A stretch of DNA of 64,000 bases, taken from the NCBI GenBank assembly GCA_963729625.1, contig CAVSOU010000011.1, positions 1 through 64,000 on the forward strand, given 5' to 3'. This DNA is from an uncultured bacterium (lineage in GTDB: Bacteria; Chloroflexota; UBA5177; JANWHV01). Of this stretch, positions 57,515-64,000 are shown in pieces; within the stretch, counting starts at the first letter, position 1, and every line of letters begins with the position of its first letter. Below the pieces are notes generated by a model that saw only the letters and a list, made by a program, of their open reading frames with translations, ran no database searches and was not told the DNA's origin. The translations under genes and the position numbers were made by a program.

Positions 57515-58093
57515 CTACCCGGAACCGTCTCCCCTTTCCGACGCGCCGGCGCAGCGAAGTGCCCGCCGAACGCGCGCGCCGACCTCGTACAGGGCGTCTC
57601 TTGCTCGGTCCACCGAATCGGCGTAGTGCAGGAAGCCATGGATCATCCCCTCGTAGCGGATGAGCTGCACAGGCACGCCCGCATCGAGCAGTCGGTGCGC
57701 GTAGAGCTCTCCCTCATCGCGCAATGGGTCGAATTCGGACAAATTGCCGCCCGCACTGTCGCCGCCCACTGCGATGCAGCCGGCGTCTCCGCCCAACTCC
57801 GCGGCGTGCTGAGCGATCCATGTGGCAGCGGCGAAGCAATCGTTCACAGCCGCTGGAAACGGATTCTCCGGCGCCAGTCGATAGTCAACCGACACCGTGA
57901 GGCACCTAGCGCCGTTAGTCAGCGCGCGGCAGATGGCATCGTGCGTGTCCAGGTTGTTGAGTACCCAGCCACTTCCGTGGAAATACAGGAGCACGGGGAA
58001 GGGCGCGGTCCCATCCGGCGCATAGAGTCGGACCGGGATCGCCCCGGCAGGGCCCGGAATAGTGCTATTCTCGACACGCGCGACGCGCTCCAT
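57515..58093 (-). pseudogene. hormone-sensitive-lipase-type esterase with an internal in-frame deletion
   Basis: HGSGW, VDYRLAPE, GDSAGGNL joined directly to EFDPLRDEG...HGF. Confidence 0.8.
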
Positions 58094-58455
58094 TTCCTGC
58101 CTTCCTTTCCAACATGCTGCCCACGGGCAACTCGCGGCTAAGGCCCGCTGGCCTCCCTCGCGATGCTGCCATATATAGCGTAGCGAGGCGGTTGCCGTAT
58201 CGTGCCGGCGAAGATGCACCCCTGCGGCAGGTGCGCCTTCCCGGCCGCGGCGGCCGTATCCCACCGCACGTCCAGGCCCATAAGGCCACCCCGGCCGCGC
58301 ATCCGAAAAGGGTTAGCCGGCAGCGGCCGGATGGGCGCGGCAGCTTCACGCTACGCGATTGTCCCACCCGGGTGTCGATGCAGGATCTCTGGGTCGTACA
58401 TGGAGCGCACGTGTCGTCGAAACAGGGTGACACGAGCTAACCGGGGGCGTGGCCG

Positions 58456-61275
58456 CTAGCCCACGCTGTGCTGTTGTGCCAGGCTCGGCACAAGGCTTAG
58501 GAGCGTGCCCTGTTGGTCGACCAGCTGATCGGCAATGCAGCGCAGGAGCGCATCGACTACCTGAGGGTCCCATTGTAGCCCGCGGCCCTGGCGCAGGATA
58601 CCCGCCGCCTTGGCGACAGACATGCCGGGGCGATACGGTCGGTCGCTGGTCATCGCGTCGAAGCCGTCCGCTACCGCGAGCACCCGCGCCCCGAAGGGGA
58701 TGGCCAGCCCCTTGAGCCCATCCGGGTACCCCCTGCCATCCCATGCTTCGTGGTGGTGCCGCACAATCGTAATGCCGCGCGTGAAGTCCTGATACCCTGC
58801 CAACACCTCGGTTCCCCTCACCGGATGCGTCTTCATGAGCGCAAACTCGGCGGCGGTCAGCGCTCCGGGCTTGTTCAGAATCGCGTCAGGAATGGCGATC
58901 TTGCCGATGTCATGCACGCGCGCGGCCGAGAGAATCAACTCACAGTCGGGACCACTGAGCTTCATCTCCCGCAGGATTTGGCCACAGTACTCTTCAACGC
59001 GCCGCGAGTGGCCGCCGGTGCAGGGATCGCGCAGATCTACCGTCTCGGCCATACTCTCTAGCAGCCGGTGGGTGGAGTCCTGCACGTCGTGCAAGTGCTT
59101 CGCTGCCTTGTAGACCAATGCCCCGGGTACCACAAGAAGCACCAATGCCCATTCCGCGCGCTGGGAGACCAGTACCCCAAGGAAACCGACCAGGTACTGT
59201 ATGCCGTCGGGCACGGCGGTGTCGCCGGCAAGTGCACGCAGCACGCGCAGCGGCCGCTCCCCCGTCATGGGAGCCACAATCAGCGGTAGGGTGACGAAAT
59301 CGCCGGCCCACAGCACCAGGGCCGATGCTGCAAGCATGAGTAGCGCGGCGTCTCCCGGAGCGGGTACGTGGGCCACCAGATTGCCCAAGAGCACGACGAG
59401 CACCCACCGGGCGACAGCCGTGGCAATATCACTCGGATAGAGCTTGCGCTGCTCGCGCACCGATACTTCCCCGAGCAAGGTGCCGAACCCGGCTGCAACC
59501 AGAGCAAGCGGCAGGGGCAGTAACGCGGCGATTAGGAAGTACGCCATCGTTGAGAGTTGCACCTTGACGTGGAGACGAATGTGGATAGGGTACTGGTAGG
59601 CCACGACGACCGCGGCGGCGAGTGCCATCGCTTCCAACGTCACGCCCAGCGGTGCCGATCCAAGCTGGACCGCCGGCGACTGTAGCGCCGCGACCGTTGC
59701 CGCCACGGCCAGGAGCATAGTGGCGAGCGCCATCCCAGGCTGGGGCAACAGAGGCGACAACCGCTCCCAAATGGGCACTGCCCTCGCGCGGCCTGCTGGT
59801 CGTTTGTGGCCAGTGTCGCCGGCCAGACTCGCGGGCGCCTGATCACCGCCTTCTGCCTGTAGTTGCCGTGCGGCTGCCGACGTCGGAGTCGCTATCGCTG
59901 CGAATGCGGCAGCGCCCGCGGGTATTGCCAGCGGGGCGCGATCATGCACCTCGCCGTGCGCCTCAGCTGGGACCGGCATCGGCATCGTCGCGGGCCCGGC
60001 GTGCTGTGCCGGCTCCTCCTGCCTGCCCTCGTCCGTTGTCGCCGCGACCGCCTTTCCCGCCGGCTGCGGGATCCGGCGGTCCCACGAGAGATCAGATGCG
60101 CGCACCACGGTATTGCGTCCGCGGGTCTTGGCCTCGTAGACCGCCATATCGGCGGCAAAGATCAGCTCCTCCGAGGTGCTCCCGTCCTGCGGATAGCAGG
60201 CCACACCCAGGCTCATGGTCACCCTGATCGGTTCGGCAGACGTCGCGACCGGAAAGCGCGCGTCGGCGACGGCCCGCCTCAGGCGCTCGGCCAGAGTCTC
60301 GGCCACATAGGGATCGGCCTCAGGCGTGACCAAGAGGAACTCCTCACCGCCGAAGCGGCCGCCGATGTCGTACTCACGCATAGTCTGGCGGATGACCTGG
60401 CCGATGCCGGCCAGGACCGCATCGCCGGCAAGGTGCCCATAGCAGTTGTTGACATTGCGCAGCAGGTCGAGGTCGGCCATGATCACGGCGAGAGGCCGCT
60501 CAAAGCGGCTGGCGCGGTTGAGCTCCGCGCTGAACAGGGTTTTGAAGTGCCCAGCGTTGGCCAGTCCGGTCTTGCTGTCGATGGCGGCCAGGTGCTGGAG
60601 CTGCGGGATCATCAATGCCCGGTACATCAGCACGAGCGGGGTGAGGGCAGGCACGATGAAGATTGGATGGAGCTGCCAGAGCGTGGCAACCACCAAGCCC
60701 AGGCAGGCCAGGACCAGGTCGGTCAACGTACTCGAAAAGTCGAGCATCTCGGAGTCGTGCCAGCTCACGCCGCGGGCCAGGACCAGGGCAAGACCCAGAA
60801 GAACCCGGTTGAGGAGCACGTAGCTGAGCGCCGCTACCAGCCCCCTGATTGCCGGTGCGGCCGCGGAATCCGAACCACCTAAGGCGGTTAGCGCCACATA
60901 CAGCCAGTAGGCGCTCAAGCCGGTGAAACCGGTCATGGCGATGTTGAAGGGCTGGAGGTACCAGGCGCGCAGGTGCGGGCTGCGCTGCCAGCGCTCCTTG
61001 CCCCACTCGATCAGATGGGGAATTGCCACCAACAGCACAATCAGGAAAGGAGGCAGGAGCAGCACGCCGGCGAAGAAGAAGATTGGGCTGGTGTAGAACA
61101 GGACGTGGTTGGGCGCTTCCGCCTTGAATAGCTGCGCGAGCGTCGCCAGCACGGTCAGCGCCGCGAACGTACCCCAGGCCGCTGGAGTCGGGGCGAAGCG
61201 CAGCACGGCAAGGGTACTGAGCAGCAGGCCGGAGCCGAGTACGCCGCCCACGTAGGCGCGGGCGCCAATCGACAT
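58456..61275 (-). CDS. membrane protein with TM module - GGDEF - linker - TM module - HD-GYP
   Basis: DLD..R.VNN.YGHLAGD, REYD I-site, GGEEF; HDIGK, HHE.WDG.GYP, DAMTSDRPYR; two multi-TM blocks. Confidence 0.92.
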   Translation of the reverse strand: MSIGARAYVGGVLGSGLLLSTLAVLRFAPTPAAWGTFAALTVLATLAQLFKAEAPNHVLFYTSPIFFFAGVLLLPPFLIVLLVAIPHLIEWGKERWQRSPHLRAWYLQPFNIAMTGFTGLSAYWLYVALTALGGSDSAAAPAIRGLVAALSYVLLNRVLLGLALVLARGVSWHDSEMLDFSSTLTDLVLACLGLVVATLWQLHPIFIVPALTPLVLMYRALMIPQLQHLAAIDSKTGLANAGHFKTLFSAELNRASRFERPLAVIMADLDLLRNVNNCYGHLAGDAVLAGIGQVIRQTMREYDIGGRFGGEEFLLVTPEADPYVAETLAERLRRAVADARFPVATSAEPIRVTMSLGVACYPQDGSTSEELIFAADMAVYEAKTRGRNTVVRASDLSWDRRIPQPAGKAVAATTDEGRQEEPAQHAGPATMPMPVPAEAHGEVHDRAPLAIPAGAAAFAAIATPTSAAARQLQAEGGDQAPASLAGDTGHKRPAGRARAVPIWERLSPLLPQPGMALATMLLAVAATVAALQSPAVQLGSAPLGVTLEAMALAAAVVVAYQYPIHIRLHVKVQLSTMAYFLIAALLPLPLALVAAGFGTLLGEVSVREQRKLYPSDIATAVARWVLVVLLGNLVAHVPAPGDAALLMLAASALVLWAGDFVTLPLIVAPMTGERPLRVLRALAGDTAVPDGIQYLVGFLGVLVSQRAEWALVLLVVPGALVYKAAKHLHDVQDSTHRLLESMAETVDLRDPCTGGHSRRVEEYCGQILREMKLSGPDCELILSAARVHDIGKIAIPDAILNKPGALTAAEFALMKTHPVRGTEVLAGYQDFTRGITIVRHHHEAWDGRGYPDGLKGLAIPFGARVLAVADGFDAMTSDRPYRPGMSVAKAAGILRQGRGLQWDPQVVDALLRCIADQLVDQQGTLLSLVPSLAQQHSVG

Positions 61276-61509
61276 CGCTGCCCGCCCTTCACTCGCCAAG
61301 CGGCGCCCTCTGCGCCGCGCTCAGCACTTGCTAGTAGACTAGCATTGCTGCACGCGGGAGTCGCTCCCCCAGTTGGGAGGTGTCCCGCGGCCAAATCTGC
61401 CGTTAGCCACTCGCTGACTGGTCGGACCGTCGCCGATCACTCAGAGCTGGATGCCCTGCGACGCGAGGAAGATCGAGGGCGGGCACGACCCTGACACCCG
61501 TGCCCACGG

Positions 61510-63044
61510 TCAGCTGCCCCAGTAGTCGCTGCCCCAGTTCACCGAGCCCCAATTGACGCTGCCCCAGTTCACCGAGCCCCAGTTGACACTGCCCCAGTTC
61601 ACCGAACCCCAGTTCACGCTGCCCCAGGTGACAGGCTGGCTGCCGGTCCACAGCAGCTGGCTGGCAGCTATCCCGGTGTTTGATGTGGCAGTCGCTGTGC
61701 CGTGCACCGCGGCGTAAGCATCCACCTCGCCCGCACCCGTGCCCGCGCCCACATAGTGAGCCGTAGCCTTCAGGCGATATTTGACTTGGTCGGGATTGAG
61801 TGCCGGGTTGGACTGCAGCAAGAGCGCCACCACGCCGGACACCACGGGAGCCGCCATGGACGTGCCCGACATCCGCAGGTAGATGCTGCCGCTAGGCCCA
61901 TTGACCACGTTGGCCGGGTGCGCAACACAGATGACGCAGTTCACATTCCCGGACAAGCTCACCAGGTTGCTTCCAGGCGCCACCACATCCGGCTTGCTGA
62001 ATCCGTCTGTGGTGGTCCCGTACATGGAGTACGTGGCCAGCGTATGGTTGGCCAGATTGGTCGAACCGTGATCGTCCACCGCGCCCACGGTGATCACGAA
62101 GGGATCGTTAGCAGGCGCGTAGACGCCCCCGCTGTTCCCCGCGGAGACCACGACGACGATGCCGTTGAACCAGAGTATCTCGACGGCAGCGTCGATCGGG
62201 TCCACGTTGTAGGAATCCGGAGCTGTGCTGTTGAGCGAGAGGTTCACGACGCGGATATTGTAGGTCTGCTTGTGGGCGAGCACCCACTGCAAGCCCTGGA
62301 CGACGTTCGACGCGGTGCTCGCGCCCTGGTCGTCGCTGACCTTCACATTGATGATGTTGGCGCTCGGCGCTATCCCGACATAGGCGCCGTTTGATCGACT
62401 CGCCGTTGCCGGCAATGATGCCGGCGACGTGGTCGCCGTGGCCATACATGTCCGTGACCGACGTGTTGGGGCCGCTGTTGAACGCGACGTTGGCCACCAA
62501 CCGGCTGACACCCAACGGCGTGTACAGGTCTTGCGTCGGATTGACGCCGCTGTCGACGACCGCGACGCCGACGCCCTGCCCCTGCAGATACGCAGGCCCT
62601 TCATTCCAGACCCGTGAGGCGCCCACATCCTGAGGATTCGAGACTCAGCAGATTCGCGGTGTTGATGCACTGCGTACAGGAGCTGGCATGCACGACCGGT
62701 GCGTCGGTCGAGACCCACCGTACCGATGCTGCGCCCGCCAGCTTGGGCAGCATTCGTGCCCGTATGGTCGCGCTGAAGCCGTTGATGATCGGCAGCAGTA
62801 CTCCGACCTTGCCGCCTAGCGCGTGCACCAGCTCTTGTGCGCTGGTCGTTGAGCCCGTCGCCTGCACGATGACTGTCACCGTGGCCCCAGGCCGGGCCGC
62901 AGCTAGTTGCAGCAGGACAGGCTGCGCCTTGAGCGACTGAGCACGCGCTACGGTCGCGCTCGCCGGTGGTACCGCGAGGATCGCGACGAGCGCCAGGGCA
63001 GGCAGCCAGCGCCACTTGTTGGACCAGTGACGCGTCGTCTCCAT
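61510..63044 (-). CDS. secreted S8 subtilisin-like protease with C-terminal Trp pentapeptide repeats (frameshifts near 62630 and 62395)
   Basis: signal peptide, I9-like propeptide, VVDSG, GHGDHVAG, SAGN, SGTSMA. Confidence 0.92.
61513..61632 (-). repeat. 15-bp coding tandem repeat, VTW-(GSVNW)6-GSDYW-GS
   Basis: the six GSVNW units differ only at synonymous positions. Confidence 0.95.
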
Positions 63045-63187
63045 GATAGTAATCCCTCCAAATTTCACGATAACCTTACCGGCTCTGCCGGAATCAGTGC
63101 ACCAGGACCGGCGACTCTGTCGACGCGCCTCCAAATGGGTGCATCCGCAGCTTGCATGACCGGTCTCCGTCCTCCGCCACGCCACGC

Positions 63188-63700
63188 CTACGATCCCCAG
63201 CTCACGTTTGGCTTGACGGTCGAGGCGCTGCCGATAACGGTGAGAATGGGCTGGTTGCTCATTCCTGCCACCTGGACTTGCGTGCTGCCGAGCCAGGCAT
63301 TGCCGGATTCGTGGACGGTCACCGGCACACTGCCACCCGTCGTGGTGACCGTGGTGATGGTTGACACAGTCTGGTCCGTGCGGTCGGCGGTGTAGGAGTA
63401 CGTTTCTTTCCCCTGCAGCGCGCCGCCGGTAGCGACATATGTCGTCACCACGGTGCCCACGGGGCCGTGGACAGCATAAGAGATACTCTGAACTTGCGTG
63501 CTGCTTGCGCTCACGTCGACGCCCACATTGATCTGCGAGGTCGCGCCCGCTCCTGAGGCGTCCGCGATCCAGATGATCGGTCCGGCGCGACTTCCTACGG
63601 CGGCGCGCACTTCCGGCGCGTGTGCCCAGCCGCCGGCCAGAACTCCGGCTAGCACCGTCACGCCCATCAGGGCACGAACCCCACGTACAACCTTCGTCAT
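63188..63700 (-). CDS. secreted 170-aa Thr/Val/Ser-rich protein ending KPNVSWGS
   Basis: AAAGGGAG SD, signal peptide ending VRA-A, beta-rich body. Confidence 0.8.
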   Translation of the reverse strand: MTKVVRGVRALMGVTVLAGVLAGGWAHAPEVRAAVGSRAGPIIWIADASGAGATSQINVGVDVSASSTQVQSISYAVHGPVGTVVTTYVATGGALQGKETYSYTADRTDQTVSTITTVTTTGGSVPVTVHESGNAWLGSTQVQVAGMSNQPILTVIGSASTVKPNVSWGS

Positions 63701-64000
63701 AGTTTTCTCCCTTTGTATGGCGATGCCAACCCGTCGAACGCTGCCGCACACGCGTGCCCATCGGCGGCCGGTCACACTCGCTATCGTATGAGAAAGACGC
63801 GGCCTGCGCATCACCTGTGTAGGCATCACTCCATCAGGTACTGGTTCTGGCTTTATGGCACTGTTTGCTTCCATTTCGCCCCAAGAGGTCGTTGCCGAGC
63901 ATGCATTGGCCCCAGCCCATCCGAGCCGGGACGACACTTGTGCCTTACCGGAGGCGATCGCCTGATTGAGGCCTGGTCATAACGTTGAGGACATGGCTGT

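Noticed and set aside
61513-61632. CRISPR-like periodic repeat
   Set aside because: 15-bp units without spacers, in frame within a protease gene; no cas genes
63701-63900. possible c-di-GMP riboswitch upstream of the WGS locus
   Set aside because: Only a short GTGTGACCGGCC resemblance; class I/II core elements could not be placed in order. An Infernal search would settle it

Overview
High-GC bacterial DNA. Gene content and style suggest Chloroflexota (inference). Many otherwise intact genes carry single-base frameshifts, most likely long-read consensus errors. 1-27 kb is an accessory mosaic: five toxin-antitoxin-type modules, hydrolases, an XRE-ATPase-TPR regulator, prpB-prpD, carA, a fluoride-riboswitch-controlled cation:proton antiporter, an IS5 remnant and several deletion-damaged genes. 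27-34 kb holds an XRE-TIR-STAND-WD40 protein divergent from a papain-like protease. 34-57.5 kb is a large sugar uptake and catabolism region with three URO-D-family paralogues and a 6.3-kb islet bounded by 160-bp direct repeats. The best candidate for a novel system is at 58.4-63.7 kb: three co-oriented genes encoding a secreted protein ending in NVSWGS, a subtilisin with a (GSVNW)6-GSDYWGS tail, and a two-membrane-module GGDEF/HD-GYP enzyme. This looks like a protease-released Trp-peptide signal coupled to c-di-GMP (hypothesis). No rRNA, tRNA or CRISPR array was seen. All calls are by eye; no database searches were run.
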